64,000 bases of DNA from Monocercomonoides exilis PA203 (Eukaryota; Protista; Preaxostyla): NCBI GenBank assembly GCA_001643675.2, contig LSRY02000018.1, forward strand, positions 1,116,001 to 1,180,000. Reading direction: 5' to 3'. The position numbers and the translations under genes are program-made. The notes under the pieces were generated by a model. It was given only the letters and a program-made list of their open reading frames with translations, had not been told where the DNA came from and did not search any database. How positions within the stretch are numbered: position 1 is the stretch's first letter; every line of letters begins with the position of its first letter. Shown here piece by piece: positions 12,709-24,900 of the stretch.

Positions 12709-15631
12709 TTATCTTTGAGGTGAGATACAAATAACATTTTGAAATACCGAAGCATAAAACAGCCGAAAAGGGAGAACGATTGCACTTGAAGATCTGACCT
12801 CCTCAAACATTCGCTTCTTCTGTCTCACAAACAACTCTGGATCAAACCCGCGCTTCTGCATTCGCTTGATTTTGCGAGCTCCATTGACTGTGTCTGTGAA
12901 CCGCGGGAGTGTCTCGTCCGAGTCAGCAACACACACAGGCATTTGAGGATTGACCGAGAAACATGTGTCTGAAGAGCCACATGGCAACTGATCGTCGTTC
13001 AATGGCTGTGTTGGCAATCGGACAGGCGCATCTTCAAGACAGAAACACGACTCAAAAGGATCAGAAAAAGAACAATGGCAGCTGGATGCTGCTGTTTTGT
13101 TGCTCTTCGGGAGCCGAGCAGGATCACAATGAGATGAATGAAAATGGACATAGGCTGCCATCAAAGACGGAAAACTCTTGGCGGAATGGCTAGCAGAACG
13201 ATCAAGCGATGCAGAGAGCGCCATCGACAAAACAACCGAAGTCGCCAAGCCAGCTGCATTCTCTGGTGCTTGCAGCGGGCGATGCATCACAGCAACATCT
13301 GCATCTTTCTCATTGCCCAACCACGAGCACAAACACACTTGACATTTCGTTCGCTTGGAAGGCATGTCGCAACTGCTCTCCTCGAAGCTCTGCCTTTTGC
13401 TGCTCCGCTCGCAATTTGTGGCTTCTTCAAAAAAAGAATCATCTGATGAGCATATCCCAGAAGAACCAGAACAACAAAGAAGTGGATTGACTTGGCTATC
13501 CTCTGTTTTTGTTGTTGAGCTTGGCAACAGCAATGATGAAGTCACTGCAGACGAAGAAGAGGAAGAGGAAGAAGAAGAAGAAACGGGAAAAAGTGAAGGA
13601 CAGGCTCTGATTGCGATGTTCTTTTGATTCAATGACAGCAAATCATTCTGCTCGTTTTCAGAGTTTGGGGAACTCATTTCACCACACTCAGCGCAAACCT
13701 CTTTCGCTTTTCCTTTCTTTCTCTCCCTTTTCCTGCTTTGCCTCAACCAGAACCTTTCCAAAGTCGTCATGCTCTTTTCCATTTCTTGCCTTCTTTCCTC
13801 CCTTTCCTCCTTCGCCAGCATACTCCGAAGGTCTCTTTGCGCTCCACTACCCATCACTCCTTCTGTGCCTTCCTCATCCAAAAGCCTCTTTGCTTCTTCT
13901 GCTGTCATCGCAGCTTCCGCCCTTTCATCAGTCTCCTTCCCACAGCCCTGAACAGCTCTTCCGATCTTTGCCTCTGCCTTGTCCCATTCAGCTGCCTCTG
14001 CTCCATCAAACATCCACCCCTTTCTGATCCACTCCCCAAACAGCTTCCAGTGTTCCTTCGCCTCTCTGATCTGTCTTTTTGTCAAACGCGCCCTTCTTCT
14101 TCTTTTCAATCCGAAGAAGCTTTCATTCCCCAATTCTGCACCATGCGCACAGTCCAATTTCTGCCCGTCCTCTGCCAATAACCCTGACCCAAGATTTCCC
14201 TTTTCCTTCTGCATAACAACAGCATCAGCATCAGCATCAGCATCAGCACCAGAGTCTGTCTGTCCCTTCGCCACACACTCTGAAACACCTTGCCACTTCT
14301 CCAGTCGCATCCACAGCTCGTCTTCCTCTTTCCACTTCGCAATCAGCGCCATCCGACTCGCATGCTCTGCCCGTGACTGCCGCCTCCCTCCGACTGCTGC
14401 ATCGATGTCTCCACACAGCATTTGATTCCGGACTTCGCTCGGCTGCCAGCTGGCTATCCTTTCACATGCCTCAGCCTCTGATGAAGAAGACACACATTCA
14501 TCCTCTGCATCTGCCGATGCTTGTGCAAATGCAACTTGCGAGAATTCATTCTGCGCAGTGACTGTCTCTGCCAATAGGTCTGATTTGTGCCCATTCGCGT
14601 CGCTGCCTGCTGAGAAATCTATGATTTCTGTCTCTCTTTCAGTCTGCTTGTTCAATCGCTTGCCAATATCACTTTTCCTTGTCAGTCTGCTTTCCCCGCT
14701 TTCCTCTTTCAAAGCACTCTTCTTTCTCAAAAGTGCTGCCCTTATTTCGTCCAGCACCTCATATTCCTCCATTTTGTTCAGCGAAGGAATAAATCCGGCC
14801 TCACATATTTCTTTCTTTGCAGATGCTTCAAAACGCAATTGACCCCCCAAATCCACCCTTTGCTGGAAAAAGCACTCGCGCTTTTCATCAGCCCCTTCAA
14901 CCTTTTCACTCAACAATGCTTCATCCGAACGAAGATTTCCCACTGATAAGAGCCTTTCTCCTTCATTTCCAACTTTGCTGTCTGCTTGCGCCTTGAAAGA
15001 AGCGTCGCAAATGGGAACAGAAGACGGATGACAAACATGGGATGCAAGAAAGTCTGCTGATGCGCCTTATTGTTGCAATCAAAGAGGAACGTCTTTTCAT
15101 CAAATATTCAAAGCAAACATCTCAAACGAAAAACAAACCAGAATTCTGCTCGTGGTGCCCGACATGCGTGAGTGTTCCCATGCTGTATATAAAGGGAGAC
15201 GAGGACACGTTGGAACCTGATGGCCCACATTTCTTGGCATTATTAGAATCTGGAAGCAAAGAATAAGCAGTTTTTGCCTCAAAACAAATAATCAAACGTT
15301 TTCGAACTGATTGTGATTGATTCCTCGATGCAGTTGGAAAATGGATACTGCTGGAAAAATGCATGGAATTATCATCACTGAATGAAGCCCCTTGAGTCAA
15401 AGCAAACAACGAATGAATCTTCCTTTCCTCTTGAGGCAGCTTCAGTTTTTTTTTGAAAAAAAATACAAATATTGCAAATAGATTTTAAATTGGAAAACAT
15501 CTATGTGCGCATACGTTTTTGTGAGCGTCTATGCAAACGAAGCCAGTTTTTCCATCCATTCCATTGACAATAAATAAGTTTGGGTCTTTTCTCTCAAAAA
15601 TACAACTTTTCATCACTTTCTGTGTACTCAT
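12709..15631 (-). CDS. Hypothetical low-complexity protein, multi-exon
   Basis: ORFs 15485-15631 (MSTQKV..), 15122-15409 and 12709-14943 can be joined through GT-AG introns (gtatgc..gaag; gtttgt..catcag). No domain recognised; the 3' end may be further spliced. Confidence 0.6.
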
Positions 15632-15959
15632 TGAAAAAGCCAGAAAAGATTCTTCATTTTTTTCATCAAAGACAAACAATTTTCATTTTTTTATTTACTT
15701 GTCAATCTTAACAAATATTAAAAAATTCATATGCTTTGCAATAAATATGAAACATGTTTTAAAACTATTTCTTTGGTAAATTTTTTTGCATATTCTTCTA
15801 TATTTATGCAAAATAATAAAACGAAAACTATGAACAACCTCATCAATTATCAAAAATGGTTGTGCTAATTCATTTAATAATTTGTGAGATCTTTTATAAA
15901 TTGTTTTTATTCGTTTCTTTCTTCTAATTTCTTTCCAACTCTCGTCAAAAAGTGAGTGA

Positions 15960-18900
15960 ATGGTGTTGTTTTTTCTTCTCCAACTTTTCTGCTGTGTTGA
16001 TGTTTTTGCGTCAGGGTTAAAGAACATAAAAGAAGAAAATCAAATAGAAAGACATTTTGTGACAAGTGAGCCTCAAAACTACACAATCACACCAAAAAAT
16101 AAGATCAATGAGCATTGCCAAGTGAGGACATGCGCTCATCTGGTGAATTCATCCCTTGTTCTTTCCCGGTCGTGTTTGTTGAAAGGGAGTGGAAAAGTGG
16201 TGGAAACTGTGGATGTTCTGTCTGAAATGAAGATATCTGACTGTGAGCTGGAAGCAGAGGGTGTGATGGGAAGTTCGTTTTTTGTGAGTGTTGCTGGTGT
16301 TGTGGAAATGAACAATATTTCAGTTGGATCAGGGAAGCAGGGAATGTGTGTGAATTCGCTTTTTTCGAACAGGCAGATTGGCAGAAAAGATGGGGCAAGT
16401 GGCTCAGTTCTTTTGAAATCCTCGAATTTTTTGTCACTCTCCGTTTCAGAGGGGCCGTTCATAGATGCATATGGAACAAACAGCATCTGGATGTGTGAGA
16501 CAGTGTTCAGCAACATTTCTGTGGAAAGGAAAGTGGGAGGACACAGAAATGCTGGAAGGGATGGCTGCCAAACAACAATGGTTGGCTGCTGTTTCGTTTC
16601 GATGGAAGATGTGTTTTATGGGAGCATCGTCAACCCAGATTGCTGTGCTATGTCTCATTTGAACTCGATCAACAACACATACACAAACATCAACAGAGTC
16701 AGGAATGCGAATCAAACATATTCCGATGTTGAAGGGCACCAGTCTTTGAATTGCTCGGGATTCTTCGAAGATGACACATTTATCAAATGCACTGCTGCAT
16801 ATGGAGGAGCAATTTCAATCACAGGGATTGAATCTGCTCTCACAGCCACAAGATGTCAATTCCAAAAGTGTTCAGCAAGGAACAATGGAGGGGCTATCAG
16901 TGGGGAAAGAATGCTTTCAACGAGAGTGAATTCGAGTGTTTTCAACAACATTTCAGGGGGGGAAAATACTTCAATTGGATATGGAGGATGTTTGCATTTT
17001 CTTGAGGTTTTAGATGGATCCTTGATTGAAAACTCGGTTTTCAACAATAATTCTCAATATTCTGCTGGTGGATCTATTTATTTGAGAGCATTAAGTGGTT
17101 ATCAATATTTAAATACACCGGATTCCATTTCAAATTGTTCTTTTATGAACAGCACAGTGAGAGGTGGAAATGAAGGTTGTATTGGATATGAACAAACAAA
17201 ATCACACTTCACAATCACAGAACTGTATTGTAAGAATTCATGTTGCCCCCACGAAGCCGGATCTCTTTATTTTGTTATCATTCCAGGAAACAATCACTCT
17301 GATTCAAAAGTGTCATTTTGTTTTTTCCACAACAATACATGTGGAGCGAATTTCAATGGAAATGATGTGTATGTGCAAGATGGATCAGGATTGTTTTTGG
17401 GAGACAAATTCGTTGAATGCTTTTCCACCACTTTGTCAAACAGATTATTTCATGCTCTGAAAGGGACACAGAATGAATGGATTCCGTTGTTTGACACTCG
17501 ATTTGTGGATGTGGTCTCTGGAGATGATGAAGAGTGGACATGTGGGATGAGAGCAGACCAGCCATGCAAAACAGTGAAAGGGGCGCTGGACCACTCGGGA
17601 GAGGAGCACTCGTGGGTTGTGAAAGTGGGGAGCGAAATCACATATGAATCGGGAATGGAGATTGGGGGGAAAGTGGTTGGGATTGAATCGACAGAACACA
17701 GCAGAGAAGCGAGAAATGCGATGATGTGGAATGGAGAGGGGGGGAGGCTGTTTGGGATTGGGGCAGGAAGGCTGAAGATAGGGTGGATGAATGTGAGTGT
17801 GAAGATGGCAGGGTGGGTGAGTGTGTCAGTGTTTGTGATGAGTGGAGACGGGGAGCTGAGGGTGGACGAGAGTGTTGTGGGGTGTGTTTGCGATGGGGAG
17901 GATTGTGGGATGGAAAGAGCAGTGTTTGTGCTTGGGGGTGGAGAGACACGGATTGTGAGCTCGTTGATTGTGGGGATGAGATTCAGGATGGGAGGGAGTG
18001 TTTTTGGGATGAGTGGAAGGGCGAGGGTTGTGATGGAGGGATCGGAGGTGAGCGGGGTTGTGAAGACAGAAGGGAACGGAAGCGTGGTGGAGAGGGTTGT
18101 TGGGGAGGGAGAGGTGTTTGAGTTTGACAACTGCACAGTGCGGGGGTGTGAGTGCAGGGAGGGAGATGGGGGAGGAATATATGTGTGTGTGAAGAAAGGA
18201 GGGAAGGTGGGGGTGGGAAACAGCACATCGACAGAAAACACTGTGGAGTTTGTGGGGTGCCAGGCAGGGAGTGGGGGTGGTGAAAGGGGAGGGAGGGGAG
18301 GGAGAGGAGGAGGGGTGTATTTGCGGGTGGAGGATGAGGATGTGGATCTGTGTGTGAAGAATGTGGGATTTGTCGAGAACAGAGGGGAGGAAGGGAAGGA
18401 TTTGTTTGTGGAATCGGGGGATCTGAAAGGGTGTGTGAATGTGAAGAGATTTGTGCATGTGAAGGAATGGAGCAATGGGAGTGTGGAGAGTTGTGTGGGG
18501 GTTGATGAGAAGTGGCCGGATGTGATGATTCCGCTGGTATTCTATGTGATGGAGAGGGAGGAGAGGGTGGTGGTGGGGAGCGGAGGGCATGATGTGTCAG
18601 CGTGTGGATTCATGGAGTATCCGTGTCGGAGCGTGTGGTATTCGATGGAGCAGCAGGGTGGAGGGAGGAAGGAGGTGGTGGTGGTTGGGGAGTACCGGAT
18701 GGAGGAGAATGTTTTGTTTGGTGGAGGACAGGAGTATGTGTTGAATGGAGGAGGAAGGGAAGGAGAAAGGGCAGAAGTGGTGGTTGTGGGGAGCACGTCA
18801 GGAGCAGCTGGGGTTGTGACGATCGGAGGGGTTGGGAGGATGGAGGAGCTGGGGCTGGTGCTGGAGGCAGAGCTGGCAGAAGAAGGGATGAGTGTGGCCA

Positions 18901-21900
18901 GTGTGAGCGGAGATGGTGGGGAGGTGGAGATGGCGAAATGCACAGTGCGAGGGGATGGGTGCGAAAATGGAGTGGGGTTCAGTTTTGTGAGGGCGAGTGG
19001 GGGAAAAGTGACGCTGAGCGAGTTGGAAGTGTTTGTTGTTGCAGGATATGAGGAGTCGAGATCGTTTGTGGAGGTGAGTGGAGGAGGATGCATTGTCAGC
19101 GTGAGGAATTCGAGTGTGGAAGGAGGAGGAGGAGGAGGAGGAAAGAGGAGCCGGTTTCTGAAAAGTGAGGGAGCAGGGAGTGTTGAGCTGTGGAACAGCA
19201 CATTGAGAGGGATTGTTGTGGGAGGGGGAGATGGGGGGATTGTGTCAGGGGTTGTGGGGCTTGGGCAGAAAATAAGTATTGATGGGGGAACATTGAATGG
19301 GGTGTGCATGGAGGGGAATGGCGGGGGAGTGGAGGTGGTTGTGTCGGATGGCGGAACAGTGGAAGTTGGGAGGCGGCTGAGCACGGAGTTTTCATTGTGC
19401 AGTGCGGGGATGAGAAATGAGGGAGGGGGAGTTGGAGGGGGAGTTGGAGTGGGAAGAGGAGGGTTTGGAGGGGGGATGATGGTGAAGATGGAGGAAGGGA
19501 GCAGAGAGATATATGTGAAGATAGTGAAGTTCAGCGGGTGCAGTGCAGGAAAGGCGGGGAGAGACATATTCATGGAGGCAGAAAAGCTGTCGGAGGTGGT
19601 GGACAGCGAAAGGATGGGATGGATCACGAATATGTCAGACCGGGCAGGGGCGATGGGGTATGAGAATGGATGTGAGCACGGGATCCCGCTTGTGCTGTAT
19701 CTGCAGCCAGAGCCGTCGGTGATTGCAATCGGGGGAGCAGAGAGCTGGGATTTTGAGCGATGTGGATACGAAGGAGCTGGGTGCAGAACACTGGACTATG
19801 CGATGGAGAAGCGGGGAAGCATTCTGGGGCTTCGGAGCACGATTGAGATGAGTGTGAGTCTGGAGCGGGAGCATGTGATTGGGGAAGGGACTGTTGTTGT
19901 GGAAGGGAAAGGGGCAGGGTGTGTGGTGGATGTGGGAGGAAGCGGGGAAAAGAAGCAGGACGGGCTGGTGGTGAACAAGGCGACGACCACAATTGGGAAT
20001 GTGGGGATTCAGGTGCCTTGTGGGTTGAACGGGAGAAGAAGTTTTGTGAAGAGCATTGGAGGGGCGCTGACGATGAGGAGTGTGGTTGTTGTTGCGAAGG
20101 AGGGGAGCATGGTGGGGTTCAGGATTGTTGAAGCGACAGGAGGGAGTGTGATTCTGTCTCAGGTGGAGATGAGCGGGATCTGTTTCGGCGAGTGTCCGTT
20201 CTGTGAAGCGAGGGATGAAGGATGGGTGACAGTGTCATCGTGCACAGTGAGTGGGTGCAGCACCACATGTGGAGGAGGGCTTGTGCATGTGGAGGGAGGA
20301 GGGTCGATGAGCGTGCAAGGATCGGAGCTGACAGGGGTGGGAAGAGTGGATGGTGGGAGGGCAGTGTGTGGGAAGGGAGGAAAGAGTGTGGAGATCTTGA
20401 ACTCGAACATGAGTCTGTGGAAGGTGGGAGACGGGGATGGCGGGGCAGCGTATGTGGAGGTTGGGGAAGGGAGTGTGTTTGAGTGGAAGGGGAATGTTGT
20501 GAGAGACAGCATATCGGAAGGGGGGTGTGGAGGGGGATTGAAGATTGGAGTTGAGGGAAGCGGGAAGGTGAGGGTTGGGCAGAGCGGGGTGGTGACGAAG
20601 TTTGTGGGATGCAGGGCATTGAAGAAGGAAAACAGAGGAGGGTGTGGAGGAGGGGTGGCGATGGAGTTTATTGGGGAAGGTGAAGTGGGAAGAGACTATT
20701 TGGTGGAAGGGCTGACATTCGAAGACAACATGGCAGAAAGAGGGGCAAAGATGTTTGTGGAAGCAGAGGAGCTGTGGAGGGTTGCGACAGCGGAGAGTGT
20801 GAAAGTGGGAGGGGTGGAGGCAGCAGGGACAAGCAATGAGCATGTTGGATTCGACAAAGGGGAGGAGCTAGATGTTCCGCTTTGGGTGTGTGTGAGTGAA
20901 TGGGAAGAGCCGGGGTATGTGGGGGAAGAAGGGGTGGACTACAGGGTGTGTGGGTTTGAGAGGTATCCGTGCGGGTCAGTTGGGTTTGCGATCGGGGCGC
21001 GGTTTGGGGTGGGGAAGGTGCACATCCGACTTGTGGAGTCATACATGATAAGGGCAGAGATAGTGGCAGAAAGGCAGGAGGTGGATATTGAAGGGGCAGT
21101 TGAAGGGGCGGGTGTTGGAGTGGCGAGGGATGTGGAAGGGGGTGGAGAGTGTGTGTTTGGAACGAGAGGAGGGGTGGGGCGATTTGGCGGGATGAAAATG
21201 GGAGTGCCGAGCTCGTTTGCACCAGCTCGGAGAAGCTTGTTTTGCTGCAGCGGAGGGGAGCTGTGTGTGGAGAAGTGGGAGATGGAAGCAGAGGGAGGGG
21301 CTGCGACATATTGTGTGGCAGAGTGCACAGCAGGGCTGATGACGCTGCGGAATGTGACAGTGAAGGATGTGAACATTTTGACAGAGACTGGTGTTGTTGT
21401 GGTTGTTGTGAAGGGCGATGGAGCAAAAGGGGTGATTGACTTGCTGGTGTTGGAGAACATAACGGGAGGAGGGAGGGGAGGATTGGTGGAGCTTGGGGGA
21501 GGGGCAACGGCGAAGTGGGGCAACTCAACAGTTGGGTCATGTGTGTTTGGGGAGCATGGGGCAGTGAGATTTGAGAGAGGGGTGAGCATGGAAATGGGGA
21601 ACAACACGTTTGAAGGGGTGGCTCGAGAGAGTGGGAAAGGAGGGGTGATGGAAGGGGTCGTTGGGGGGTTGGAGAAGGTGGTTGTGAAGGATTGTCGGCT
21701 GATTGAAGTGGAGTGCCGGGAAGGGAGCGGAAAGGGAGGAGGGGGATACGTGGAGGTTGAGGAAGGAGGAGAGTTTTTGTTTGATTCGAACAGGGTTTGG
21801 GGGAACAAGGTGAACAGTGGGGATGGGCAGGGGGGCGGGATGTATCTGGTGCTGGGATCGAGGAATGTGAAATACAGTGTGAAGATGGTGGAGTTTGGGG

Positions 21901-24900
21901 AGAACGAGGCGTATGAGGGGAAGAACGCGTATGTTGTGTGTGCGGATGCACGAGCACTGGTGAACGAGAAGTGGTGGAGTGGGTCGGCGAGGGAGTCGGA
22001 TGGAGAAGAGAAGCAGCTGTGGGTGTATGATGAGGCGAGCGGGCGGAGCCTGTCGATGCTGCCGTATCTGTTTCCGGCAGACGAAGCGATTGTGTTTGTG
22101 AATGGAGGGGAGGGGAGCAACACAAAGGATTGTGGGGAGGAGGTGCGGCCGTGCTTGGATGTGGTGTATGGGGTGAAGCAAATGGGGGAAGGGCAAAGGA
22201 TAGTGCAGATTGTGGGGAATGGAAGGGTGGATGGGGCGGTGAAGGGAAAGGGAGGATGGCTGACGATTCAGGGGAAGAAGGAGACAAGGGCTTTGGTGGC
22301 GGTTGGAAGGGAGGGGCATTTGGAGTTGACAGGAGAGGCAGGGATGGTGGGGCTGATGCTGAGCAGACTGAGGTTTTGCCTTCCATGCACATCGACACAT
22401 GGGGAGGTGATAGAGGTGAGGGCCGGGGAGTGTTCGATTGTGAACTGCTCATTTGAGGCAGGAGAGGAAGGAGCAGGAGCAGGAGGAGGAGCAGAGACAA
22501 CAGGAATGGGGATGTGGATAGGAAGGGGAAGTGGAGGGTCATTGGAGATGAGCGGAATCAGGATAGAGGACATCAGGCTTGGAGCAGGATGTGGGGTGTT
22601 TGATGTGGAAGGAGGAGAAGTGAGTGTTGAAGGGGCATTTATTGGCGGGGTGGATGGAGAGGGCAGTTCGGTGATTGTGTGTGAGAAGTGTGAGAGAGTG
22701 AATGTGAGTGGGGTAGATATGGGAAACTGCAGTTGTGGAGAGGCGGTTGTTGTGCTGAGGGGAGTGAAGAGAGGGTGGATTGGGAATGGGAGCATGGTGG
22801 ATGGGTGTGTGTCATCAAAGGGAAAGGGGGGCTGGCTGAGGTGGGAGGCAAGCGAGGAGGAGGAGGAGGAGGAGGAGGAGAAAGAGAATGAAAAAGAAGA
22901 AGAAGAAGGAGAGGTGATGATCGAAGGAATAGAGGTGAAGGGGTGTGTTGCAGAGGGGGAGGAAGGGAAAGGAGGAGGAATATGGATGAGGCTGAATGGG
23001 AGGAAGGAGGGGGAGTTGTTGTTGAGGGATGTTGTGTTTGGGAGGAACAGAGCGAGAGAGGGGAGGGATTTGTATGTGGAATGTGAGTCACTGAACAGGA
23101 CAGTGAAGGCAGAGTGGATAGTGAATGTGGTGTGTGGAGAAGGAGAAGGAGAAGGAGAAGTGGAGATGAGAGGGAGAGACAGGGAGCACTTTTTTGGAGA
23201 AGCAGTGGACTTGATGATGTTTGTTCGGCAATATGTGAGCAGGAGTGTTTGTGTGGGGAGGAAGGGGTTTGACATGGTTGGGTGCGGGAGCACAGCGTAC
23301 CCCTGTGCAACATTCTGGAGAGGATTCATGAACACAGAGGCGAGCAGCGAGAAGAAGGAAATGATTATTGACGGGGAGTGCGAGGTGAGGAGGAGCTATG
23401 ACTTGTCGCGGTTTGTGATCCGATCGGCAGGCGGAGCGAGTGGAGAAGAGAAGATGGGAACACTGAAATTTGGAGGGGGTTTGGATGAAGAGGCAGGAGG
23501 AGGAGGAGAAGGAGTTGTTCGGAACATGGAAGGATTGAAGGTTGAGAAGATAAAGTTTTTGGTGGGGGCGCAGCTGCCTGGGAGCAAAGGGTGTGTGATC
23601 TATTCGTACTCGTATGTGGGAGGGGTGGAGCTGTCAGAGAGCATTGTTGAGGAGGAAATAGGGGTGTGGCTGGGGTTCAGCTTTGTGGTTGTGGAATGTG
23701 GGGAGTTGACAGTGAGAGGGTGCGTGGTGAAAGGGATTTGGACGTTGGCTCCTGTGTTGAAGGTGTCAGTGGCAGGGAGCGGATTGATTGAAAACACGCA
23801 GTTTGAGGATGTGAGTATTGGAGACAGCAGTGTTGTGGAAGTGGTTGGGACAGGGAGCAAGGGAGGTGGGAGATGGAACGGGGAGAACAGGATGGCTGTG
23901 AATGGATGCTCGTTTGTGGGGCTGAAGTCGGAGGTTGGAGGAGAAGGGGTGGTGCTGAGAGGAAGTGTGTTTGGAGAAGTGGTTGTGAATGGGTGCAAGG
24001 TGGAGGATGTGTTTGCCGGAGGGTCGTTGAGGGGAGGCGGGATAGGGATATGTGTGAAAGGGGAAGGGAGAATGGAGGTGAATGGAACGAGTGTGAAGAA
24101 GTGTATGTGCGAGAGGAGGAGTGGGAAAGGAGGAGGGATGTATTTGATGTGCACGGAAGCGCTGAGGGAATTGCCATTTGGAGTGAAGAACATGATATTT
24201 GGAGGGAATGAGGCATGGATGGGGAGGAACATGTTTGTGGTGGCAGCAGACCTGAATGGAAGTGTGAATGAAGAGAGTCTGAATGTGTTGTTGGAAGGAA
24301 TGGGATGGGACGAGAAATCGTTTTGTGGGGAAGATGAGATGGTGGGGGTTGTGGACCTGCTGATGTTTGTGATGAGTTATGAGAGCAGCACAGTGCATGT
24401 GTCGACAAGGGGGCTGGATGTGAGGCGGTGTGGAAGCGAGAAGGAGCCGTGCAAGACATTTTATGGAGGGTTCATGCACATTGGAGGAGAAGGAGAAGAG
24501 GATGATGGGGAGAAGAAGGTTGTGGTGGAGGATGCGAGTGTGATGAGGGAAGGATACGACTTGTCGGGTTTTGGAATTGAGGGGGGTGATGGTGAGGTTG
24601 AGACAGGGAAGAAAGCGATTCTGTTGATGGAGAACGGAGGGGCAGGAGGAGAGAGCGAGGCATGGATGGAAAACCGGGGAAGGCTGGGGATAAGGGAGAT
24701 TGGAATTGAGGTGGGGAAAGGGTTTGAGAGCAGAAAGGGGGCGATTATTGTGAATGAAGGGGGAAAGCTGGAGCTGGGGAAATGTGAGTTTGTGTCGGAG
24801 AGCAGTGCGAACATGCCGGGGAGGTATTCATTTGTGGTGTGCATGGGAGGAGAGATGGAGGCAGAAGAGGTGAGAGTGAAGGATGTGTTTTGCGAGAGAA

